Source: Burkholderiaceae bacterium
GTDB lineage: Bacteria; Pseudomonadota; Gammaproteobacteria; Burkholderiales; Burkholderiaceae_D
NCBI GenBank assembly: GCA_019751755.1
Contig: JAIENA010000185.1
Coordinates: 559-64,558, forward strand
DNA length: 64,000 nucleotides
Direction: 5' to 3'
The position numbers and the translations under genes are program-made. Below, piece by piece: positions 52,814-60,255 of this stretch. The notes under the pieces were generated by a model, which searched no databases, was not told the DNA's origin, and was given only the letters and a program-made list of their open reading frames with translations. Every line of letters starts with the position of its first letter. Position 1 is the first letter of the stretch.

Positions 52814-53648
52814 TAGTCGTGGGGAGCTTGGGCCGCTGGAGCGTGTTCTTCCTCGCGCTGTTCCAGCACCACGTCGAAGAGCTCGACGAACGCGTCGACG
52901 TCAAGGCAGGCGATGTCGCTGGGCGTGACCTGCTTGTCGTTGAATCAAACGTCGGGGCCGGTGGCAGGGGGAGGAACTGACCTCGATGTCGTATCCTCCC
53001 GCGAAATACAGGCCGGCGCTCAGGATCGGACGCTGGGTTGTCTCGGCGCCGGCGGCAACGCTGATGTACTTCACCAGCGTGAACGTGCCCACGCGCTCCC
53101 CGGTTTCCATCACCTCGATTGCTAAGAATCGCGACCCTGCCTCGCTGTTCGCGTGAACGGCCGCTTCGAAACCGCGCCGGCACAGCACCTCGGCCATCCG
53201 GTCGAATGGGGCGCGGGCCGCCGGCAGCAATTTGTCCAAAATGCTTTGTTGCGGTAGGCCGCGAGCTGCTCGGAGAGGCGCACAGGACCGCAGACGCTCT
53301 CCAGCGCCACCTCGCCAGCAGATAACGCGTCGACCGCGTCGACGGTGATCGTGATGGAGGCATCGCAGGTGTACAGGCGAATCCCGCCACCATCAGGCGT
53401 GGATTCCTTGACCTGCACGCTGATCGGCTCGCCTTGAGCGATCGGGTCAATTTTTGGTCAGTTGCTGAGCGCACGGTGTCGACGGTGTAGTTCCAACTCG
53501 GCAAGAATTCGCGTGCGTCGTCTGCTGCATATCTGCTGGCGATAAGACGGCTCGTTGCGGTCACTTGGATGTTGCTGGCGACGAGCGCGACGGCAAAGCG
53601 TCTGGCGTGAGAGGTAGCGCTGACGGTTGGTGTGGAAGAAGGAGGCAT
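52814..53648 (-). pseudogene. disrupted gene of unknown function (at least 3 frame changes)
   Basis: Protein-like segments lie in different minus-strand frames. These are MPPSSTPTVSATSHARRFAVALVASNIQVTATSRLIASRYAADDAREFLPSWNYTVDTVRSATDQK; then IDPIAQGEPISVQVKESTPDGGGIRLYTCDASITITVDAVDALSAGEVALESVCGPVRLSEQLAAY; then LLPAARAPFDRMAEVLCRRGFEAAVHANSEAGSRFLAIEVMETGERVGTFTLVKYISVAAG...GGYDIEV; then FNDKQVTPSDIACLDVDAFVELFDVVLEQREEEH...*. Junctions fall at homopolymer runs (T5 at 53451-53455, A4 at 53238-53241, G5 (C5 on the coding strand) near 52966-52970). Confidence 0.45.
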
Positions 53649-53703
53649 GGTGGTTGACTCGTTTTGTGATGAGTCACGGTAACGCGCCGCGCTCGGCTTT
53701 GCA

Positions 53704-53735
53704 GTGCAACCACGCCACCAAAAAACGGTGAAAAT
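53704..53735 (+). promoter_or_regulatory. box promoter J: GTGCAACCACGCC-N13-GAAAAT
   Basis: Box at 53704-53716 and -10 at 53730-53735. ATG 53814 is downstream, across an AT-rich leader containing the palindrome ACAATAA-tt-TTATTGT (53774-53789). Confidence 0.5.
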
Positions 53736-53813
53736 CATCAGGTAGATGGTGTTTATTCGAAATTATTCGGCGTACAATAATTTTATTGTGCTGTGAATAA
53801 AGGTAAATAAAGG

Positions 53814-55028
53814 ATGGATGCGTTCTACTATTCAAGGCCTGCGCTTGCTGAACACTTGGTTGCCGACCTCACCGGGGCAAATCCGTTTAGCGATGCGCCA
53901 AACGGATTGTTCTTGGCGGCGCCAAGGCGGACCGGCAAGTCGACGTTCCTGCAAAACGAGTTGCGGCCGGCATTGGAGGGAACTGGTCGTGTCGTCGTCT
54001 ATGTAGACCTGTGGAGCGACAAAAGCCGGAACCCTGGCGCCCTTATTGCGGACGCGGTCGGGGGGGAGTTGCAGAAGCACCTCGGTATCGTGGCGAAGAC
54101 GGCGAAGGGCGCTGGCATTAGCGAGCTCAACATAGCCGGGTGGATGAAAATCGACACGAAGAAGATCGGCACGATCGACGGGCTGACCCTCACCGACGCG
54201 CTGCGTGCCTTATGCGAGATGTCCAGGAAGCCAGTGGTGCTGATGATCGACGAAGCCCAGCACTCGCTCACAAGCGATGAAGGGGAGACGGCGATGACGG
54301 CCCTGAAGTCGGCGCGTGACCAGCTGAACACGCCCAGCGAAACCCGGCTGCTCTTGGTCATGTCCGGTTCGGATCGCGACAAGCTGCTACGCCTGGTGAA
54401 CAGCAACGCGGCGCCGTTCTTCGGATCAGCTATCACTCGCATGCCCGAGCTTGACCGCAATTTTATCGTCCACATCGCTACCCTGATCGAGCGCAGCTAC
54501 CCGCGCATGGCGCCTATCGCCGTCGACGTCCTGTGGGATGCTTTCGTGCGCCTGGCGCACCGCCCGCAGCCGCTCCTCCGCCTGCTGGGCATCGTACTGA
54601 ACCCCCTGAATTCTCCGGTACCAGGATTCGAGAGGGAAGTTCTGCTCATGGCCGAAGCGCAGCGCGCCGACGACGAGCGCACGATGGAATCAGCCTATCT
54701 GGTGCTGCGCCCGATCGAGCAGGCGGTCCTGTGGCGCATGTTCGAGCAGAAGAACCGCTTCAGGCCGTACGACGCCGAGGCGCTGGTCTTCTATCGCGAG
54801 AAGACGGGGGAAAAGATCACAGCGCAGAAAGCCCAGGCCGCGATCGCATCGCTGCGCGCGCAGACGCCGTCGCTCGTCTGGAAATCAGCCAAGGGCGAGT
54901 ATGCGCTGGACGATACCGGGATGTATCAGTGGTTCGAAAAACGACGCCAGGAGGGAACGTGGCCGCCAGTTGGCTTGGATCTCGCCGAGCCCGACCAAGA
55001 AGATGAGCCGGATACGCCGCGGCCGTGA
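53814..55028 (+). CDS. AAA+/P-loop ATPase (archaeal-ATPase-like)
   Basis: Walker A LAAPRRTGKSTFL and Walker B VVLMIDEAQH. Confidence 0.65.
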   Translation: MDAFYYSRPALAEHLVADLTGANPFSDAPNGLFLAAPRRTGKSTFLQNELRPALEGTGRVVVYVDLWSDKSRNPGALIADAVGGELQKHLGIVAKTAKGAGISELNIAGWMKIDTKKIGTIDGLTLTDALRALCEMSRKPVVLMIDEAQHSLTSDEGETAMTALKSARDQLNTPSETRLLLVMSGSDRDKLLRLVNSNAAPFFGSAITRMPELDRNFIVHIATLIERSYPRMAPIAVDVLWDAFVRLAHRPQPLLRLLGIVLNPLNSPVPGFEREVLLMAEAQRADDERTMESAYLVLRPIEQAVLWRMFEQKNRFRPYDAEALVFYREKTGEKITAQKAQAAIASLRAQTPSLVWKSAKGEYALDDTGMYQWFEKRRQEGTWPPVGLDLAEPDQEDEPDTPRP

Positions 55029-55080
55029 CACTTGAGCGCGACCGGGCGGCAAACTGCCGGCGGCCGCTTTCTATCTGGTA

Positions 55081-55683
55081 TCAAGTGAAGTCGTGCGTGG
55101 TGATGAGCGCCGCCACTTGACGGAAGCAGAAGGTCTCCCGCAGTACGTGACGGATCGTTGCGTTCGGGGCGAGCGTCATTGCTTCGGTAAGCGTGTAGCG
55201 TGAACAGGTCAATCTGTCGATGGTACTCAGCCACGCGGAATAGGCTGGGTGTGCGTTCAGGATAAATGCCCATTCGGCGCTGGCGGACGCTATCACACAT
55301 CTGGAGCGTTCATCTGGATGCGGAAATTCCAGCCCAAGAATGGGCGCCAACTGTTGGCGGCAATCATAGATTTCGCGTAGTACTTGGCGTAGAACGGCCG
55401 TCGGCGCGCGGGAAATCAACTCAGCCAAAGTGGTAAGACCGCAGACATGCGGGTCAATCATCTCGATTTCGTCCGCAAACTCTGGATGAGCGGAAAGGAT
55501 GCGAGTCCAGTCCTCTTGTAGGAGGTCGAAACTCCCCACAGCATCAGCAGTGGCAAGAGCGTCCATTAATGCAGCGTTATTGCGAGCGGACCGCGTCATG
55601 CCGAAAGGCAGTGTACTTAGGGTCACGCAGCTCGATTTTTTGGGAGACTGCGTTGGAACGCTAAGCGCCGAGAGGATACTCAT
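55081..55683 (-). CDS. hypothetical protein with two copies of the HPxFAxxIxxID...RQ domain
   Basis: Repeats ILSAHPEFADEIEMIDPHVCGLTTLAELISRAPTAVLRQVLREIYDCRQ and ILNAHPAYSAWLSTIDRLTCSRYTLTEAMTLAPNATIRHVLRETFCFRQ. Confidence 0.5.
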   Translation of the reverse strand: MSILSALSVPTQSPKKSSCVTLSTLPFGMTRSARNNAALMDALATADAVGSFDLLQEDWTRILSAHPEFADEIEMIDPHVCGLTTLAELISRAPTAVLRQVLREIYDCRQQLAPILGLEFPHPDERSRCVIASASAEWAFILNAHPAYSAWLSTIDRLTCSRYTLTEAMTLAPNATIRHVLRETFCFRQVAALITTHDFT

Positions 55684-55709
55684 CGCTATTCCTATTATTT
55701 ATTGGCAAC

Positions 55710-55739
55710 AAAGTTGCTATTAAGCAAAATAGCAACTTT
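55710..55739. promoter_or_regulatory. 12-bp perfect palindrome AAAGTTGCTATT-aagcaa-AATAGCAACTTT
   Basis: 27-56 nt upstream of the minus-strand ATG 55683. Operator-like. Confidence 0.45.
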
Positions 55740-56098
55740 ATAGCATATGTCTCATACAAGCAAGGCGTTGAAACATTTTAATATGTAAGGAACTATCCTC
55801 GTATCAGAAGCGCTACAAATAGTGTGATAATGATAATGTATTGGTAATAATTCGTGAGTATTGAGACAAAACTCTCTTTGCTAAATGTCCCATAAAATCA
55901 ATACGTTGAAACTTTCAAATTGAAAGGTGCTTTTTTGTTTAGCAGTGCAGTAGTGCTATTAATGGCGCGGTCCTACCGCTGTAACCGTGACAATTCGATG
56001 GAATTAAGGAAATAACAATATCACAATATTTTTGTGAGAATTTTTCAGTATTGAGGTCAATCGCTTTTTGCCGCTAGATTGGCTGACCCCATGCAACA

Positions 56099-57319
56099 TT
56101 ACCGGCAATTCGATTCATCATTAGTGCTTTGCTCATCGCCATCGCCCATTAACGTCTCGCCTGAATGTGCTGCAAAACGGGACACCTTAACTGCGTCCTT
56201 TGCGGCTTTGGCATTAATTAACTCACTGTAGCGAAAGGCAACCTCATCGGCGGTCGTGAAGCCAATCTTGAGGTTAAGGGTGTTCGCCACCTCATTGCGA
56301 ACGCAGGCAATGAGGTGAGCTTCTTCGGCTGTAACCGTTTTCGTGGGCCAGCCCTTTGTGTAGAGTAGTTCCTTTGGGATACGCGCTTCTGCCCGCTGGC
56401 GCATCACGGCCTTTTCCTTTGCGTCGACAATGGCTGCGCGCAGTTGTCGCGGCAGCAGGTGCGGGGCGACATCCGCCAACCAACGGTTTCCCTGGAAGGC
56501 GAATGTTGATTCTGCCTCGAGCTCTACGAGTTCAATGTAAACCTCGTGATTGTCGACGCAGCCGGCCGAGGCCATTAGGTCCGCCTCGGAACTCATGATG
56601 CAATAGGCGCAGGAGATCCGACTCATCCCATATTTGGAATACCCTTCGTGAAGGGCAAGCCCTGACGACGCGATCGTGCCCAACACTTGGTCGATGCTGA
56701 ATTCGATGACCGCATTCCAGGTTTGGCCCTCCAGCCCTTTGCGATCGAGACGCGGATCTGGCTTCGACACCGGTGCCTTGGCGCGGTTGTCGCTCTCCTC
56801 ACGGCGGATGCCAGCGACGTTCACGATGTGCTGACCGGGGAATCGCTTTTTCAGCGCGCTAGATATAACAGCAGCTTTTAATTCAGACGTACAGAACCTC
56901 ATGGAGGGGGGGCTCCAGGGGAGGATTAGCTTTACGCAAGAGAGGTCAGCATAGCGCGCGACGTTGTTCTTCCAACGGCCTTGCCAGCGATCCATCATGT
57001 CGCCAGCCTGGCGCCGGACTACGAGCAGCTCCCAGCCCAGATGTGCGGCCAAGCGCTCACACTGCGGCAGGCTCTCGGTCCACTCGATGCGGCCGAGGTC
57101 CGAGTGCACGAGTAGGCGATGTCCGCTGTGGCCAATCTCGTTGAGGTGCTTGTTGACGGCGATCGCGCAGGCGTCCGAGTCTTTGCCACCGCTGACGCCG
57201 ACCGCGACAACGCAGTCGCGCGCGAGCAGGCTTGCAATTTCGGGCGTCATGGCCACAGGTGGCACTTCGGCACCGAAGTGGCGGTTCAGCAGCTGCACTG
57301 GGAATACGCGGTCGTTCAT
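56099..57319 (-). CDS. PAPS-reductase-family PP-loop ATPase-like protein
   Basis: VVAVGVSGGKDSDACAIAV (SGGxDS PP-loop). ATG 57319 (MNDRVFPVQLL...). Confidence 0.7.
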   Translation of the reverse strand: MNDRVFPVQLLNRHFGAEVPPVAMTPEIASLLARDCVVAVGVSGGKDSDACAIAVNKHLNEIGHSGHRLLVHSDLGRIEWTESLPQCERLAAHLGWELLVVRRQAGDMMDRWQGRWKNNVARYADLSCVKLILPWSPPSMRFCTSELKAAVISSALKKRFPGQHIVNVAGIRREESDNRAKAPVSKPDPRLDRKGLEGQTWNAVIEFSIDQVLGTIASSGLALHEGYSKYGMSRISCAYCIMSSEADLMASAGCVDNHEVYIELVELEAESTFAFQGNRWLADVAPHLLPRQLRAAIVDAKEKAVMRQRAEARIPKELLYTKGWPTKTVTAEEAHLIACVRNEVANTLNLKIGFTTADEVAFRYSELINAKAAKDAVKVSRFAAHSGETLMGDGDEQSTNDESNCR

Positions 57320-57366
57320 GTCGGGCTCACGAGAGGAAATCAGGTGGGCGATCTTAGGCGCGGGAA

Positions 57367-57392
57367 GGCGTGGTTGTCCGTGCAACCACGCC
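57367..57392. promoter_or_regulatory. full palindromic version of the box: GGCGTGGTTG-tccgtg-CAACCACGCC
   Basis: 10-bp perfect arms between the methylase-like gene stop (57401) and the PAPS-reductase-like start (57319). A separate cgGACA-N18-TAAGAT sigma-70-like promoter overlaps it on the minus strand. Confidence 0.5.
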
Positions 57393-57400
57393 GACCAGGC

Positions 57401-58258
57401 TCAGCGGACGCGCGGCACTTCAGGTTCGGCGTGAGCGTCGCCGTCCGCATCGTCATTGCTCCTGCTGGCGCCAGCGAACATGGCTGCCGCAGCGGTTTCG
57501 GCGCGTGCACGCGACAGGCGCGCGCCCCAGTTGTCCATTATGTGCGCCGGGGTATACCAGTGCGAGTACTCCTCCAGAGTGAGGGTATTGCCGTGCACGA
57601 TGATTGCCGGCACGTGCATGAGGGATAGCTGGACGTAGGCCATCATCGCAGCCGTCCAATCCAAGTCAGTAGCAATCACGTGGACATGGCGCTGGTAACT
57701 GAGGCCTCGCTCCTGCATCGCCAGCATCATCGCTATGATGGTAGATCCAGAGCCCGATGCAGGCTCATTTACCGTGACAAAGCCATGCTTTGCGACTTTT
57801 TCCACGATATCGTCGGATATCGTGATCGCCGCCATCAGCTGGCAGATATCGTGCGGAGTGAAGAACTGCCCCATTTGGTTGTTGCCGAGCTCAAGTTGCA
57901 TGTAGATTTCGCCCATGATGTCGCGCGGCGACACGTGCAGGCCCTCCTGTAGCTCGGCGAACATATGCGCGATCGTCACTGCCTCCTCGCGGCTGTATTT
58001 GCGCACGGTCTGCATGTAGAGCTCTTCGCGTGTCTCCGCTTGGCGCAGGTCCATCTTGCTGAGCGCCACCGCGCTCATAGTCACGAAGTCGCGGAAAACT
58101 GTCCGCCGGTCGTGGCGCCGGCCGACCTCGTTGATCATCCTGATGATGTTAGTGCGGTGGAGGGTTGCCTGCTTCGACAGATTCGCTGCCCGGTCGTGCT
58201 CGCTGATGGAGGTGGCCTGGAGCGGCCACGCGAATGAAGACTCCAGGTCGCGTTTCAT
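57401..58258 (-). CDS. N6-DNA-methylase-like protein lacking the catalytic NPPF/Y motif
   Basis: GQFFTPHDICQLMAAI (motix X-like) and VNEPASGSGSTIIAM (SAM motif I) are present. The ORF ends shortly after HGNTLTLEE and no (N/D)PP(F/Y/W) is seen. ATG 58258. Confidence 0.5.
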   Translation of the reverse strand: MKRDLESSFAWPLQATSISEHDRAANLSKQATLHRTNIIRMINEVGRRHDRRTVFRDFVTMSAVALSKMDLRQAETREELYMQTVRKYSREEAVTIAHMFAELQEGLHVSPRDIMGEIYMQLELGNNQMGQFFTPHDICQLMAAITISDDIVEKVAKHGFVTVNEPASGSGSTIIAMMLAMQERGLSYQRHVHVIATDLDWTAAMMAYVQLSLMHVPAIIVHGNTLTLEEYSHWYTPAHIMDNWGARLSRARAETAAAAMFAGASRSNDDADGDAHAEPEVPRVR

Positions 58259-58370
58259 AAAGGTCTCCGCCGGAATGAATTGGCTGTGGTGCGCGAGGAG
58301 ATTAAGTGCGAGGACAGGATGAAGGCAGACAGAGCTGGCATTTTGGCGTAAAGGCGGTATGAATGCCCGG

Positions 58371-58402
58371 ATTACACCAGTTCGCCGGCGGCGTGGTTGC
58401 AA
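58371..58402 (-). promoter_or_regulatory. box promoter L: TTGCAACCACGCC-N13-TGTAAT (minus strand)
   Basis: Box at 58402-58390 and -10 at 58376-58371, upstream of ATG 58258. Confidence 0.5.
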
Positions 58403-58428
58403 TCTCACGAACGCACCAACTCACGTTG

Positions 58429-58452
58429 CCGTGGCCATTACCGTGGCCATTA
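58429..58452. repeat. exact tandem duplication CCGTGGCCATTA x2
   Basis: Seen directly, in the divergent intergenic region. Confidence 0.9.
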
Positions 58453-58472
58453 ATTAGCAGCTGCGGCCACCC

Positions 58473-58505
58473 GGCTCCGTTACGACCTGCGGTCGTAACG
58501 GAGCC
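58473..58505. other. 15-bp perfect hairpin GGCTCCGTTACGACC-tgc-GGTCGTAACGGAGCC
   Basis: Seen directly. It lies between divergent promoters L and M, has no adjacent T tract, and follows no upstream gene end. Confidence 0.9.
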
Positions 58506-58644
58506 GAATAGGACCACCACCCCTCAGACCTGCTTCATTTTTTCGTGAGCGGCGAAGTTGCCGACAGCAGCCCCCGCATTGGCCTGGTTAATGGAAACTG
58601 CCGGGAAGTTCTTGAATCAGGGAAAGGCCCGCGTGGGAAAAGCT

Positions 58645-58676
58645 GAGCAACCACGCCTGCGATCGCTGGGCAATAT
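58645..58676 (+). promoter_or_regulatory. box promoter M: GAGCAACCACGCC-N13-CAATAT
   Basis: Box at 58645-58657 and -10 at 58671-58676, 29 nt upstream of ATG 58705. Confidence 0.5.
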
Positions 58677-58704
58677 AGCGGGGGACTATTAGCGCGAGGA
58701 CGCC

Positions 58705-60255
58705 ATGCTCACCCAACCTATCATTACTCCCGACCGTCGCCTGACACTGGACGATATCCTCGGCTACTGCCAGGAGTTCAAACGGCGCCACGGCCGCTGG
58801 CCGCGTGTGACCGCGACCGGTGACGATTTCCTCGCCGCCGGCCTGCCGGGGCTCTCGGGCGCAGATATCGAGCGCGCGCTGCGCACATCTAGCAATGGGC
58901 TGGCGGAGGACCCGGACTTCCTGGAGATCCGGCACCTGGCCTTCGCCAACGGCGGCTGGGACGTCAACCTCCAGTTCATCGACCCCGAGCTCTGTCTGCG
59001 CTTGGCCGACGACGGTCTGCAGCGCCTGGTCGATTCCATCCACGTGCGCCGCGAGCAGGGCAGTAGAACTGCGACGCGTCCAGCGGACCACGTGTACGTT
59101 AACTTGCCGCAGGAGTCGGACTGGCGGACGGGGCATACTGCTTACGCGCCGGTGAGCGACGAGCTCATCGAATACATCGATGCGCGCGGGATGGTCTACG
59201 GTAGCCAGAAGACGGCGATCCCGACCGAGTACTACCTGGCGGTGAACCCGAATGGCCGGATCTATCTGAAATACGACCGCATCATCGGCTCCAAGTACGT
59301 TGGTACAGTCTCAGAGGAGCAACTGGAGCGGCTGCGCGCGCGCCTGGTCGGCGAGGCGGCCACCGAGCGCGCCAGGCCGTCCTCGCAGGCGTGCGACTCG
59401 GCCGCCGCGCCGGCGCCAGCCAAACTGACGATCGAGCAAGAGCTGGTGCTGCTGACCGTCTCCGGATCGAAGCTGCATCTGCCGGTGCAGCAATTGCTGC
59501 ACTACGACGAAATCAGCCAGCGCTTGGGCAAGGCTGGGGGCCGCTACATCACTGGCCGCAACAAGCATTTCGCCTTTGACGATGGCATTGACTGTACCGA
59601 TCTGCTCCGCCGCCTGGTTGCTGGCGAGGCCGTCAATTTCCAGCAGGAGTACCAGTTCTTCTCCACGCCGGAGAGCAAGGCGATCGAGGCGGCCGAGGAG
59701 GTGCGCAAGACGCTCGGTACGCTGCGTGGCAAACGAATTCTGGATCCGTCGGCCGGTACCGGTGCACTCGCCAATGTCGCGCGCCAGATGGGCGCCGATG
59801 TTGTGGTGATCGAGATGTGGAACGTCAACGCCATCAAGCTCCGCGCCCAAGGTTACGACGTGATCGAAAAGGATTTCTTGAGTGTGACGCCGGAGCAGAT
59901 CGGTACCTTCGACGCGGTCCTTGCCAATCCTCCCTTCACCCGAAACCAGGACATCCACCACGTGATGCACATGCTGCAGTTCATCCGGCCGGGCGGCGCG
60001 CTGTCGGTGATCATGTCCACGGGCTGGATTGAAGGGAGAACGAAGGTGCATGCCCAGTTCAAGGAATTCTTGGCCACGCATGACGTGACCGTGACGGCGA
60101 TCGAGGCTGGCGCGTTCAAGGAGTCCGGCACCGTCGTGCCGACCGTGCGCCTGGACTTCCGTGATGTGAACGTGCCGCGAGCTGCCGAGGACTTCCACTA
60201 CGAAGGCACTGCGGCAGGCGACGAGGAAGAGCCGTTTGCACTGGTGATGCAATGA
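58705..60255 (+). CDS. N6-adenine DNA methyltransferase with a long unknown N-terminal region
   Basis: FFSTP, ILDPSAGTGALA (motif I) and VLANPPFT (motif IV) in the C-terminal third. Confidence 0.8.
   Translation: MLTQPIITPDRRLTLDDILGYCQEFKRRHGRWPRVTATGDDFLAAGLPGLSGADIERALRTSSNGLAEDPDFLEIRHLAFANGGWDVNLQFIDPELCLRLADDGLQRLVDSIHVRREQGSRTATRPADHVYVNLPQESDWRTGHTAYAPVSDELIEYIDARGMVYGSQKTAIPTEYYLAVNPNGRIYLKYDRIIGSKYVGTVSEEQLERLRARLVGEAATERARPSSQACDSAAAPAPAKLTIEQELVLLTVSGSKLHLPVQQLLHYDEISQRLGKAGGRYITGRNKHFAFDDGIDCTDLLRRLVAGEAVNFQQEYQFFSTPESKAIEAAEEVRKTLGTLRGKRILDPSAGTGALANVARQMGADVVVIEMWNVNAIKLRAQGYDVIEKDFLSVTPEQIGTFDAVLANPPFTRNQDIHHVMHMLQFIRPGGALSVIMSTGWIEGRTKVHAQFKEFLATHDVTVTAIEAGAFKESGTVVPTVRLDFRDVNVPRAAEDFHYEGTAAGDEEEPFALVMQ

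Noticed and set aside
52692-53738. 348-aa ORF covering the whole 52.7-53.7 kb region.
   Set aside because: The translation is Arg/Ser/Pro/Thr-rich and junk-like except for its first ~65 residues. Protein-like segments appear in the other two frames, so the locus is better explained as a frameshifted pseudogene.
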